DNA from: Trypanosoma brucei
Lineage: Eukaryota
Assembly (NCBI GenBank): GCA_000002445.1
Contig: CM000208.1
Span: forward strand, 2,976,001-3,040,000
Length of the DNA: 64,000 nt
Direction: 5' to 3'
Shown here: positions 10,172 through 20,553 of the stretch, piece after piece
Position numbering within the stretch: position 1 is the stretch's first letter
How the letters are laid out: each line of letters starts with the position of its first letter
Translations under genes and position numbers: made by a program
The notes under the pieces: model-generated
Database searches by the model: none
Seen by the model: only the letters and a program-made list of their open reading frames with translations
What the model was told of the DNA's origin: nothing

Positions 10172-13100
10172 TTACATACCTCCTTGACCCAAGGGTGCTA
10201 TCGGGTCGTAGAAGCGTTGGCCACGCGAAAGATATGGAGGCACAAAATTCATCATGAACCCCTCATCCTCCCTTAGCTTTTTTGTCGAGTAATGTGCTCC
10301 TTCTGGAGCTCTCCCAGGTCCTGTGGGGTAACACGGGAAGGGAGAAACATCATGCATGTACGGAAAGGTTCCCCCCAAAGGCATTGCGGGTGGCGCTGTG
10401 CAATGGTTTCGCAGAGTGCCTACATTCCTAAAACCAACCCGCATAAGCGGAGTTCCACGTAATAACTGGTTCCGTGTTGACATTGAATTCGCTGTGGGTT
10501 TTCCGTGGACTTGACTCCCCGCTCCTCCCAGCCATGCACCCCCATCTGTGCAATTGGTATGTTGCAAAGGATTTGCGGGAGCTGCGGGTGACAGGGATGT
10601 AGTGGGAGGAGGGCAACTCACAGGGAGTGGACCGGGCACAGTCTTCACCGAATGATAGGAAGGGTGCTGCTGCCTTGGCTGCTGGTTCTTCAGAACTCCA
10701 AGACCAGGATGGGAGATATAAGCATTGTCAGATGGAGTCGACAGTTGGCTGCTTCTCCCTTCAAATTCGTCATTGCTTCCGAGTACCCTTTCCTGGGAGT
10801 CGAAAAGAAACTGTGGTTCCAATACTTGTTGTACATTGGGAACGCAGAAAAATGTTGGTTGCGAACACTGTTTGCAGCTTGTTAGAGCCACACGTGGTCT
10901 TACCGGCAAATGTTCCGGACAGTAACGCTGCACATAGTACAAAGTCTGGCCGAAGAGTTCATGGAGAATGCTGTGCCCCGTCATGTCTACACATCTGTTG
11001 TACGCTGCGGCATCCACCAAATAGTGGCCCAGTGCCCCAGAGAATTGCGGTTCGCGTGTTACACTGCCCGTGACACCGCTACCAAGCCCGCTGCTCGGGC
11101 CCCGAGAAGTCGGCAGAGATTGCGCAAGCTTCGCCGATCCCATTTTAAAAAGAACGAGACCCTCCCGAAAAGCACGATAAATACGCTGAAGGTGGTTGCG
11201 GCAAACGCCCCGACACACACTTGAACCCCACCGCAGCGGATCCATGACATTCATAGTTCGAAGGGGAAAGTTAACTGTGGTTGTCACGGGGCCCGATGCT
11301 CGTCCGCCATCGTCCGCGTGGCCGCGGCTGACGGCATGTTCCTTTCTCGCTTCAGGCGTGAAGCTCTCCGGAGTGTTGCTGCTGGGGTGCGATTTGTTAG
11401 CCTGGGCGCAGGGTGGGAAGTGCCCCGCCTTTCCCCGTTGAGGACGGTGACTTTCCTGTGATAGCATCCTCTTTAATTCCCTGGGAGTTATGAGCTGCTT
11501 AGCACGTCGGCGAAGGCAATGCCCCAACGCCTCCTGACCTTCGGCTGTTAGACCAAACACAGCTGAGCCGCCAGGTTGTTGGAAGTGCTCCACCTGTGAC
11601 TCAACAAGATCGAGGTCTAATGGCACATTATTTATTTTGTCGCACGGAACAGGACCAAACAACGTGAGGCAGTAACTTTCAAAGTCAAAATAACTGAAAT
11701 ATTTGAGGAAGCGCGCAAATAACTGAAGCGGCGAGATGTGTTGATATTCTCCACGCTGCCTCTCCTCCAGATGTTTTCCGTCGCCTTCACCGCCTCGCTC
11801 TTCCCGTTCCACATCTTCAAGAAACTCAACAGTGTTTATCATAGAAATAATCATCACAGTAGCCGCGTAGGAGGATATGTACCCTCCCTGGCCACTGAGA
11901 ACATGCGCCTCGTAGCAGCACCACGCTTTCATCAGCAGCAGAGTTCGCTTCAAAAGGTGGTTACATCCGATCTTCATGTCCATCTCGTGCAAAAAACGTA
12001 TGCAACTGACACCCCCAAGTTGCCCTACCGTTATATCGTAGCTGCTTCCGTCCATTACAAGCTTTAAGACACGAACTTCAGCAACAACAACAGTGTCGAC
12101 ATACACAGACTTGTTGTTTTCCCGAAGGTAGTCCGCCACGCTCGAGAGCAATTCACCACCCGCAACAGTGGTCGCTTGAGACGATGTGCCGCTGATGCTA
12201 CTGCTGCAACTACTTCCAGCTGCGCCATCAGAAGAATCAGCATGGGCTTCGCTTTGCGTCTCAATCTTGGTTGGATTCAAAAGCCCGTCCACCTCAATCG
12301 TCATATCGTTATCACCGTCGGGCAGCACAGTCCCTGATGCCAGACTACCAAAAACATAGTACCGTTTTTCCCCATAATTTACCCCCTTTCCCCATGCTAC
12401 ATTATTGATGGCATCATTGAGGTACCCCGCGAGACGGTTCAGTTGCATTCGACGGTGCAGAGCCATCTCCTCAACATTTTTCGACAGGGGCGCAATAACA
12501 TTACTGTCGATCAGCTGGCAGAGCGCCAGCGACACCTCAGGAGTGAAGGTGTAGCTACTAGAATGACTACTAGGAGGGTCGCAGTGTTTCGTTGCTATTT
12601 GTAAACTATCGGCACCGGGACAAAGAAGATCCTTCTGACTCTGGAGGTCGTTTTCCTTCTTTGTTGTGGCGGTAGCACAAGTTTCTCCTACGGGCAATGG
12701 TTTCAAACGCTCCCTCGCCGGACACGGCTGGACTTCACACATTCCTTGCGTTTGAAAATGTATGTCCCCACGTTGCCTTGACTCAACAACTGCACCCCTG
12801 TCCGCCCTTTCCCCGTCCCCCTCCGACGTGCCTCTGCACTTCCCTGGAGGGAGTGGAGGAGATGAGGCAAATGCATGTTCTTCCGTTGGGAGTGATTGTT
12901 TTCCTCCTTCGCCATGGGGTGATGTGCTTGCTGAGCAGTCTGTGGCCGGTGCGGCCAAAGTGGTGCCAAAGTTGCGTGGAGTGGCCTGTGGGTCACCTTT
13001 TGTATCATCTGAGCGGTCACAGTACTGCTCAATGTGGGGTTCCCCCTCCTGAGACAGTGCCATACGCTCGTTTGAGTGTATTGTAGCCGTATCGTCCACT

Positions 13101-13534
13101 TGGCTGTCGTTTTGAGCTTGTCCATATGAACTTAACGTATCTCCACAGGTTGTGGAGCTGTGTTTAGGGGTATCGTCCTCCGTCACCTCCAGGCCTTCCT
13201 TTCGGGACCCAGGAAGTAGTGAAACGTGTAACCTCCCTTCTTTATCCTCCTTACTATGTCGTACACCTACCCCAAGGGGTGGGACGGTGACACAAACACC
13301 CTTTTGGTTTGCACTCACCTCGCTGGGCTGTTGCTGGTTGGAAGTGTGCTCATGTTCGTTCACACTGTTACCTGCAACGTTGGAAACTGTCTCTCCTTCA
13401 CAACGGGTTGCATCTGTGGCAGCCGATCCCCCAGCTGTTTGCTGCCCAGGTTTTTTATCGCTGACAGAGACGATTGCGCCTTTCCCCTTCAAAGACCGTC
13501 GGTTTTGTGTCTGGGTGTTCCTTTTCACGGACAT
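10172..13534 (-). CDS. Pol-beta superfamily nucleotidyltransferase (non-canonical poly(A) polymerase / terminal uridylyltransferase-like, Cid1 family), large protein of ~1120 aa. Probable start is MSVKRNTQ at 13534; the ORF tracker start at 13627 runs through low-complexity sequence.
   Basis: Motif YYVFGSLASGTVLPDGDNDMTIEV carries the GS-x10-DxD nucleotidyltransferase signature (compare Cid1 FGSLESGLALKNSDMDL). A downstream PAP/OAS1-like helical region follows (FLHEMD...LLKRTLLLMKAWCCYEAH). Long S/T/P/Q-rich flanks. Confidence 0.6.
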   Translation of the reverse strand: MSVKRNTQTQNRRSLKGKGAIVSVSDKKPGQQTAGGSAATDATRCEGETVSNVAGNSVNEHEHTSNQQQPSEVSANQKGVCVTVPPLGVGVRHSKEDKEGRLHVSLLPGSRKEGLEVTEDDTPKHSSTTCGDTLSSYGQAQNDSQVDDTATIHSNERMALSQEGEPHIEQYCDRSDDTKGDPQATPRNFGTTLAAPATDCSASTSPHGEGGKQSLPTEEHAFASSPPLPPGKCRGTSEGDGERADRGAVVESRQRGDIHFQTQGMCEVQPCPARERLKPLPVGETCATATTKKENDLQSQKDLLCPGADSLQIATKHCDPPSSHSSSYTFTPEVSLALCQLIDSNVIAPLSKNVEEMALHRRMQLNRLAGYLNDAINNVAWGKGVNYGEKRYYVFGSLASGTVLPDGDNDMTIEVDGLLNPTKIETQSEAHADSSDGAAGSSCSSSISGTSSQATTVAGGELLSSVADYLRENNKSVYVDTVVVAEVRVLKLVMDGSSYDITVGQLGGVSCIRFLHEMDMKIGCNHLLKRTLLLMKAWCCYEAHVLSGQGGYISSYAATVMIISMINTVEFLEDVEREERGGEGDGKHLEERQRGEYQHISPLQLFARFLKYFSYFDFESYCLTLFGPVPCDKINNVPLDLDLVESQVEHFQQPGGSAVFGLTAEGQEALGHCLRRRAKQLITPRELKRMLSQESHRPQRGKAGHFPPCAQANKSHPSSNTPESFTPEARKEHAVSRGHADDGGRASGPVTTTVNFPLRTMNVMDPLRWGSSVCRGVCRNHLQRIYRAFREGLVLFKMGSAKLAQSLPTSRGPSSGLGSGVTGSVTREPQFSGALGHYLVDAAAYNRCVDMTGHSILHELFGQTLYYVQRYCPEHLPVRPRVALTSCKQCSQPTFFCVPNVQQVLEPQFLFDSQERVLGSNDEFEGRSSQLSTPSDNAYISHPGLGVLKNQQPRQQHPSYHSVKTVPGPLPVSCPPPTTSLSPAAPANPLQHTNCTDGGAWLGGAGSQVHGKPTANSMSTRNQLLRGTPLMRVGFRNVGTLRNHCTAPPAMPLGGTFPYMHDVSPFPCYPTGPGRAPEGAHYSTKKLREDEGFMMNFVPPYLSRGQRFYDPIAPLGQGGM

Positions 13535-14107
13535 AACAATACTACAGTACAACAATAACAACAACAATACAGACGAATTCTGTAGAAACAAGCGTAAAAG
13601 AAACAACAAAACCGTACTCGTGATCACTTAAGGAGTGTGGGTGCAGATGAAATAGCTATTTGCCCCAAGAAACTAAGTCTCTTTTTTATAGTATTCTTTC
13701 CCCTATGCGCGTCCTTCTTTGGATGGTGTCTGGCACCCTCCTCTTCTCTTTTCAATGTCTCTGTTTCTCCAGTGCTACAAAAAAAACAAGGCAGCGGAAA
13801 AGTAAGTAAAGGAAACTGGAGCGAATACCCGCACACATGCTAATATGCGGTGTACATGAACGATAACAAAGGGCATTTGCGCATCCGCTAGTGGACACAC
13901 GGCGACAACGGCCGAGGGTGGTTGAAAGAGGGACAAACACTGTTCAAACAGTGGACGGAATTGACACCCCTTAAACTGAAGGATATATAAAAAATTAAGA
14001 CCCAGCGGAAGGGATATTCATATGGGCGCTGCGAACAATGAGAAGGGGAAGCCTGCATGGTGCCTCAGCACCAATCTATGCGCAGGATGCACAACACAAC
14101 TGCTAAA

Positions 14108-14764
14108 CTACATCAAATTCTTCATCTTCTCCAGCACCTCCGGATGCTTTTGCGTGATTAGTCTCATATCCTCTGGCCGAATGCGTCCATCCTTCCGGAC
14201 ATCTAGAAACATCATAAGCCGTTGTGCTTCCTCGTTTATGACACGCTTCACCTCCGGATCATCTATATCACAGTCACCAACATACTTCGTTGCTGCGGTG
14301 ATGGTAGTGACAATATCGTTTAGGGAAAGAAACCCATCCTGATCAGCATCGTAGGCATTGAACACAACCACAAAAAGTTCCTCCGTACTGTAAATAACTG
14401 CCAAGTGATACAGAAGGAACTCGCTAAAGGATATAACCCCATCACAATCACGGTCATAACCCCTGAAAAGATGCTCGTACATCTCCGAACTCGATGACCC
14501 TATTCTTTCCCCACCTCCCCCTCCATCCTCTTCTTCACTGTCTTCATCTACATTTTTGAGATACGACTTCGAATGGGTGTGCTTGTATGTTTTAAACACT
14601 TCCGTGCTCTCAATGTAGTGTTTGAAATCCACCGGTGTCATGATACCGTTGGGTGCTGCACGATGGAACTTAAGGAAAAGAAACTCAATCGCGCCGTCAG
14701 AGAAACGACCCTTCACAAGTTCCTTATAATCCTCCATCTGTGCACGCGAGAACGTATAGCCCAT
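14108..14764 (-). CDS. EF-hand calcium-binding protein (218 aa) with an N-terminal MG- myristoylation-type start; calcineurin-B-like or neuronal-calcium-sensor-like.
   Basis: Starts MGYTFSRAQ. Canonical EF loops DRDCDGVISFSEF and DADQDGFLSLNDI. An acidic G-rich insert (EEEDGGGGGER) sits between the hands. Confidence 0.7.
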   Translation of the reverse strand: MGYTFSRAQMEDYKELVKGRFSDGAIEFLFLKFHRAAPNGIMTPVDFKHYIESTEVFKTYKHTHSKSYLKNVDEDSEEEDGGGGGERIGSSSSEMYEHLFRGYDRDCDGVISFSEFLLYHLAVIYSTEELFVVVFNAYDADQDGFLSLNDIVTTITAATKYVGDCDIDDPEVKRVINEEAQRLMMFLDVRKDGRIRPEDMRLITQKHPEVLEKMKNLM

Positions 14765-14835
14765 GGTTTACTCTAACAAAGAAACTCGTCAGTAATTCCT
14801 GATGTTGCGAGGTCTTCCCTGCTGTCGCTCTAGCA

Positions 14836-14930
14836 CACACACACACAAAAAAAAAACAACAACACCCGTACAGGAGCAATACGGCCACCAACAATTTCAC
14901 TAAGAAAAAAAAAATAAAGGAAATAAAAGA
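14836..14930 (-). promoter_or_regulatory. Poly-pyrimidine (T-rich) tract on the minus strand upstream of the EF-hand gene. Probable trans-splicing signal, and possibly also the polyadenylation guide for the upstream J-domain gene.
   Basis: Plus strand reads acacacacacaaaaaaaaaacaacaacacc...ctaagaaaaaaaaaataaaggaaataaaag, A-rich on plus and therefore U-rich on the transcribed strand. Confidence 0.35.
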
Positions 14931-15954
14931 ACCGAGTAGTGCACGTGTGAATTGTGGTTATCAAAGTCGCCTTTTTGGCGAAGGTGGCTCGGGCCTCCCT
15001 TTGGGGCCTTTTCGTGGTGTTAACAACACAGTACCGCCCACATATATAAGTAAATTCATTTGTACAGTTTCGTGAACCTCCCGGCCTCCTTTCGGTTAGT
15101 CGGAACCAATTTGTCGAAGGAAAGGTAAACGCTACTCACACTCAAGTGCAACACCAACATTAAAGGTTACAGATATCTGCCTTTTCAACCCTACACATAA
15201 CTCGTTTCTCAGGTGTTTGTGCGTTCCTACACGCCAAAGACAGCGGTGGAGTCAACGGCGCGGACAAGAGAAAGATAATATGATGCACACCCGCGGATGC
15301 TCTAGTCAGCCGAACCACCACTTAGACATTAACTAAACCAATTAGTACCACTTCATCTAATTTAGGAACCCCAAAAGCAAAAAATACACAACATGCGCAT
15401 GCAATAAACATCCCTCCCCCCATTTGCGCATGCTCATGAGAACATCACGTGGCGCGCCGTTGCTATGAGGGATGCATTACCTGCTGCTTGTATCACCAGA
15501 GCTACTGATATGGAAAGGACCACCCTCTCTTACCTCCTCCCCCAACTGTTGGTGCGGTTTACTATCGTTAATGTATAAAAAGTAAGGAATATGTGTGTGG
15601 GGAGGAGGAGAGAGAAAACAAACAAACAAACAAGCACCAAGTTGAACAATTACTCACAATTACAGCAATGACATTCGAGAACTTGCCATAATCCGCTGCA
15701 ATGTACAAAGATGACCTTGATGCCCAGGTTCTTGTTGCAAGTCACATGCGGCACTGCTCACAAAACCGCACTGCTGCTGTCCCACAAATGTACAAAGTGC
15801 CCCCAACAAAATAGAGAAAAAGAAAATCATGACACACGAAAAAAAAAAACCCAGTATCCATATGGTATGTCTCGAGAACAACGAGGGACAAATCTAAAAA
15901 GCTTGTGAGAAATACAACAAAACCAAGGATAGCACAATCATGGACAAAACCTCC

Positions 15955-17988
15955 TCAACCCTGTGGTTTCCTCAGCTGCTGTGCGAGAGCAGCACGTTCC
16001 CGTCTGACTGCACAACCTGGAGAGCTTCCCCTTTTGGCAGTTGCTGACAACTTGACATTGAAATTGCTTCCATCACCAACGCTACTCACTCTGCGATGGA
16101 AGGTTTTTTGTGGGTCGCGCTGCGCACCGCTTGCTTCACTACGTGTCTGCACGGTAACGCCGCACGGAGGCACTACCGAGATGTCAGGTTTAGCTTCGTT
16201 TACATTGACTGCTGCACGTGCAGAGATGTCAGAAATAAAGCGTAATTCTCTTTCATAAGGAAGTTGCACTGCCAACGACTTGAGGGCATGCTGGAGGCGC
16301 TCAACTTCCTTCTGCAGTGAAGCAGTGATAACCGCATTCGACTTACGCTCTGCTAACCTTGCTTGTTCTCCATACTTCATATATACAATATGTCGCTCGT
16401 TCGCTCTCCGCCTTATCAGCTGCGTCACCTCGTCTTTTTCGGCCTCTTGCAATTGATGTCGGGCTCCACACTCGTGCATAGATACATACAACATGTTTCG
16501 AAACAACCTTTCCTCCTCCTCAATGCGTCCCCGTTGTCTTCTTAATAACTTGTTCATCACTAGTTTCCTTTGGAAAAGGCTTAGCATACAACGATAACTG
16601 AGCAGCGTACTCTCATATTCCTGCTTTATGCTCAACCTCCTTGTACTTTCGCGCTCCTGTAGAACAATTGTAGCAAAGCTAATTGCTTCATCTGTGTACA
16701 GCATTTTGTACTGTCTATTACACATACTTATGAAGAAGCCCGGGTTGTTCGCAAACATTGGATACCTCCTTTCTTCTTCCAACAGGTGTAGGACCTCCCG
16801 CGCGAGGTGGTTTTCTTCAACATACACAGCCCGCTGCCACAACTCTTTCGTCTGTAAGTACAGGAGTTTCATACGAAGTCCTGCGGCAGCCTCAATAGCC
16901 CTACGAACCGTATTCTCACTTTCTATCAATGCTGCCCCGCGAGGTCGCAGTCCTGTTGGTCGAATTCGCTGCTCTGATTCTCGCCCCACCCTTCGGTGCA
17001 GCACCGTCTCGGACTCGTTGTTTACAACCGATCGGTTTCTAGTTCCCATTCGTTTACTCAAACCGTCTGTGGAGGCGCAGCGGGTTCTCGGCGAGGGCGT
17101 GAACATGCTACTGCTGATGCTGGTGCTCATCCGGGGATGCTGCGCGGCAGAGGAACGGACTGTGGGTCTACCATTATCTGCAGAAATATGGGCTGATGTA
17201 CCGCGCTGCACCCGTGATGAATTCGTACGCCTGGCACTATTAACAGCCCTATGTAACTGGAAAATGTGCTGCGTCTCCTCTCGCCTCATCTGTTGCTTGC
17301 GAAGGGCCTCCCGCTCCCGTTCCCATTGCTCACGCTTTTCCTGCTCCCATCGCTTGCGGAGTTCCGCCTGGTGTTCTTTCTCGCGCTTCCTGAAAAACAT
17401 CCGCTGCTCTTTCGTATAGAGTGATGGTCGTACTCCCCGTGGTGTGCTAACGGAGGGCGCGCGTCGACCTGGCCGCTCTGCCTTCCGTAGTGCATATGTG
17501 TTGAGCTCTTCATAGATGCTGGTGGTTGCACAATGTGTGGGTACTTTACCTCCTTTCGCAACCGAACGGGGTGTGGTACTACCGCATCTGACCGAGCCCA
17601 CACCAAGCGGCTGACGCACTCGCAACGCCGTGTCGTATTTCCTCTTTTTCTCTTCGTTGGAAAGAATCTCATACGCTAGGGTAACGCATCTAAACCTCTC
17701 TGCTGCCGTCGGGTCGTGTAGATTTTTGTCCGGATGATACTTAAGGACGAGGGTTTTGTAAGCCTGTCTCACCTCCTCAATGCTACTGAAATCTGGAAGG
17801 TGGAGTGTCTGATAAAGTCGCCTTGATCGCTCAAGGTCATTGTTCATAACGCTCAAAGACACCGCCTTCCCCTCCCCTCCCAGTTTAGAGTTTCGACAGA
17901 TGCTTCTGATCCCTGTGATGGGGATAAGCACGGGAAGATGGAATAAAACAACAACAAAAACAAACGAAGCAACGAAGTCAAATGCCAA
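15955..17988 (-). CDS. J-domain (DnaJ) protein with a long C-terminal charged/coiled region (677 aa as ORF). The true start may be the internal Met (MNNDLERS) just before the J domain.
   Basis: J domain RRLYQTLHLPDFSSIEEVRQAYKTLVLKYHPDKNLHDPTAAERFRCVTLAYEILSNEEKKRKYD contains the HPD tripeptide. The plus-strand ORF 16628..17419 is antisense to it. Confidence 0.7.
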   Translation of the reverse strand: MAFDFVASFVFVVVLFHLPVLIPITGIRSICRNSKLGGEGKAVSLSVMNNDLERSRRLYQTLHLPDFSSIEEVRQAYKTLVLKYHPDKNLHDPTAAERFRCVTLAYEILSNEEKKRKYDTALRVRQPLGVGSVRCGSTTPRSVAKGGKVPTHCATTSIYEELNTYALRKAERPGRRAPSVSTPRGVRPSLYTKEQRMFFRKREKEHQAELRKRWEQEKREQWEREREALRKQQMRREETQHIFQLHRAVNSARRTNSSRVQRGTSAHISADNGRPTVRSSAAQHPRMSTSISSSMFTPSPRTRCASTDGLSKRMGTRNRSVVNNESETVLHRRVGRESEQRIRPTGLRPRGAALIESENTVRRAIEAAAGLRMKLLYLQTKELWQRAVYVEENHLAREVLHLLEEERRYPMFANNPGFFISMCNRQYKMLYTDEAISFATIVLQERESTRRLSIKQEYESTLLSYRCMLSLFQRKLVMNKLLRRQRGRIEEEERLFRNMLYVSMHECGARHQLQEAEKDEVTQLIRRRANERHIVYMKYGEQARLAERKSNAVITASLQKEVERLQHALKSLAVQLPYERELRFISDISARAAVNVNEAKPDISVVPPCGVTVQTRSEASGAQRDPQKTFHRRVSSVGDGSNFNVKLSATAKRGSSPGCAVRRERAALAQQLRKPQG

Positions 17989-20507
17989 TTGAAAGCCGAC
18001 TCGACGTTATCACTGGTGTTGGCTGCAGCCCTCTCTTTCTCTTTTTTTAAAAATTTTGTTTTCTTCTGCTCACGACCCCCAACTTTCGCGATGCCTTCTT
18101 GTCTCTACTGAGTCTTCGACTCCGCTTCCCTAGCTCCCGTCTTACGAGATGTGGCGTGTCTCCCCAACTCAGTTTTCTTTTACCACAACCATAAGTAATG
18201 TTCATACATTGGAACAAGAAGAGATACAACGAGAAGGGGGAAAGAAATGAATTAGAGAAAGAGAGATTTTCACGGGCAGTAAATACAACAAAGAATTTAA
18301 GAGTAAAACACTGTAAAGGATGGGTGAAAACGAGAATACCCCTCCCAAAACAACAACAACAAATATAATCTAATGGAACGCAAACGACAAACCGATGCCT
18401 TTCCCCCCACTGCTTATTTGTTCAACTGTTTGGTGGCTTCTTCATATCCTACGATTAAGCAAAACTAATGACAAAAAACGGATTGAAGAAAAAGTAAAAG
18501 GAGGAGGAGGAGGGAAATGATTCAAACGGGTTCCACCAAAAATATGCACAGGTCAACGTAGAGTCAATTTACAAAAGATGATAACAGGGGCAGCATATAC
18601 ATAATATTTATAATATATAGTATATATTATAGCTTATTTATTTATAAACGTAATTATATTTGCATAAATCTGCGACGGTTGCTGCACGCCTCACATGCGG
18701 TCAAAGGAACACAACAACACATCAACAAGACGCAACACAGCACGGGTACGTGAGAAGCGATAGGAAAAAAGTAAAACAAAAAAAAGGAAATAAAAACAGA
18801 ATGAAGTAAATTTTTTTTTTTAAAAAAAAAAAGAAGCCGAAAACTAAACAAAACAATGATGGAGAGACATATGCAGATAGACACAGTGATTGATGGAGCG
18901 ATGGACGGAGTCAAGTTACAGTTGTAAGGGAGATACAGAGTTCACTGTGTAAACATAAATATATACATATTTAAAGTATTTTTCCTTTTTTTTTTTTGCG
19001 ACACGTGCCTACACTATATGCTGCTGTCCGTCATATATAGGTGTTGTACCGAAGAAGAGAGTGAGCATTGGATGAAATATATATATATATATATAAAGAA
19101 GCAAAAACAAAAAAAAGTCTCAAACAAACATTGGGGGGGGGGAGGAGGGAGGGAAACCGTAAAGGAAAATATAACGAAAAAGATAAAACTGCTAAAAAAC
19201 GAAAGGGTATTTAAACCCCTTTTATTTACATACGACCGCGGCGGGGGCACCACAAAAAAAAAAACACTTTTTCCACCTTCAGCTTTCAGGTTATCATTAT
19301 CTTGTATTGCTATCGTTTTTATTATCTTTTGATTGCTGCTGCTGATGCAACCGCCCAACTTGGTAAAGGGGCGGGGTGTTTATCTGAATGCGTGTTTAGA
19401 ATGAAAAGAAACAGAAAGAAGGAAAAAAAAAAGAAGGGAAGGGAAAAGGTAAAGGTTTGGTGGTTATTACAACTCCGTTTTGGCACATGAAGGAAGTTGT
19501 GCACACTCAACTCGCCATCTCTTCCTCTTCTGTTATAAACAATACCAAAACAAAACAAGAAATATCAACACCAGTGAATATTAAAACGAAAAAAAAAAAG
19601 AGCAAACAGATAAAAGCAATAATTGAAAAGAAATCTATCCCACACAAATTAATGGAAAAAAAAACAAATCGCACTTGCCAATTCTTTGTTTTCTTTTGTT
19701 TTTTAAAAGAAAAGGCACAAGAGTTCAGGAGGAGTATGCAGACCAAAAGAAAAAAAAAACAACAAAAAGTATTGGCATACAACTCACCACACCATCATCA
19801 TCACCATTACAAGTTGGTAAGGGACTTCAAACAACTTCACATACCAAACTCTTCTTCCCATCCAATTTAATTCCATCGCGGTCACATCGTCACCGTTTTT
19901 TTTTTCTTTCGTTCTTATTATTTTCTTTTTTTCTTTTTTTGATATATATATATATATATTAAATTATTACTGCTATCATCATCCCACAGTTTGATGCTGT
20001 CACGGCCACCTGCGACGGCCTGACCATTTCGGTTCATAATACCCAAAACCAACAAAAAGCGTTATCATCATCGTTATTGTGCGAAGGGATTTGTGTGTGT
20101 GTCCTTTTTGCACGTGGGCTTCCTTTATTTTCCTCCTTCCACTCGCTACTTCTTCTTTCCAACTACTCATAAAAAAGGAGGAAGTAGTGCCTTCATGAGG
20201 AATAACGACAAGAATCGGCTAAAAACAAAAACAAAAACAAAAACAATAATAAAAACGAAAACAACAAAACAGAAAAAGGTCCGTAACGGACACAACACAA
20301 CGAAACGAAAAAAGGTCAGCATGAAGGCGCTTGTGCAAAGAGAGAAAAAAAAAAAGGAGGATCTGATAATAAAACTACGGGTAAAAGTCAATGTTCGAGT
20401 TCACAATATCAGCTTTCAGAAGCCGTATTTAACGACGTTTTTTTTTCCCCCCTCCTCTCTTTCTTTCTTTCTTTCCTTCTTTTTTTGGTTTTAGGTTTAT
20501 GAAAAAA

Positions 20508-20510
<3 letters not shown>

Positions 20511-20548
<38 letters not shown>
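20511..20548. repeat. (AT)19 dinucleotide microsatellite.
   Basis: Direct read: 38 bp of uninterrupted at-at. Confidence 0.95.

Positions 20549-20553
<5 letters not shown>

Noticed and set aside
16628-17419. 263-codon plus-strand ORF.
   Set aside because: It is entirely antisense to the J-domain gene, has no motifs, and every other gene in the unit is on the minus strand.
19014-19358. 114-codon ORF starting MGGCISS (a myristoylation/palmitoylation-like N-terminus) in the long PUF 3' flank.
   Set aside because: After the first 10 residues it translates poly-pyrimidine and TA-repeat DNA (FFFVVPPPP..., FIYIYIYF). It is a chance ORF in low-complexity sequence.
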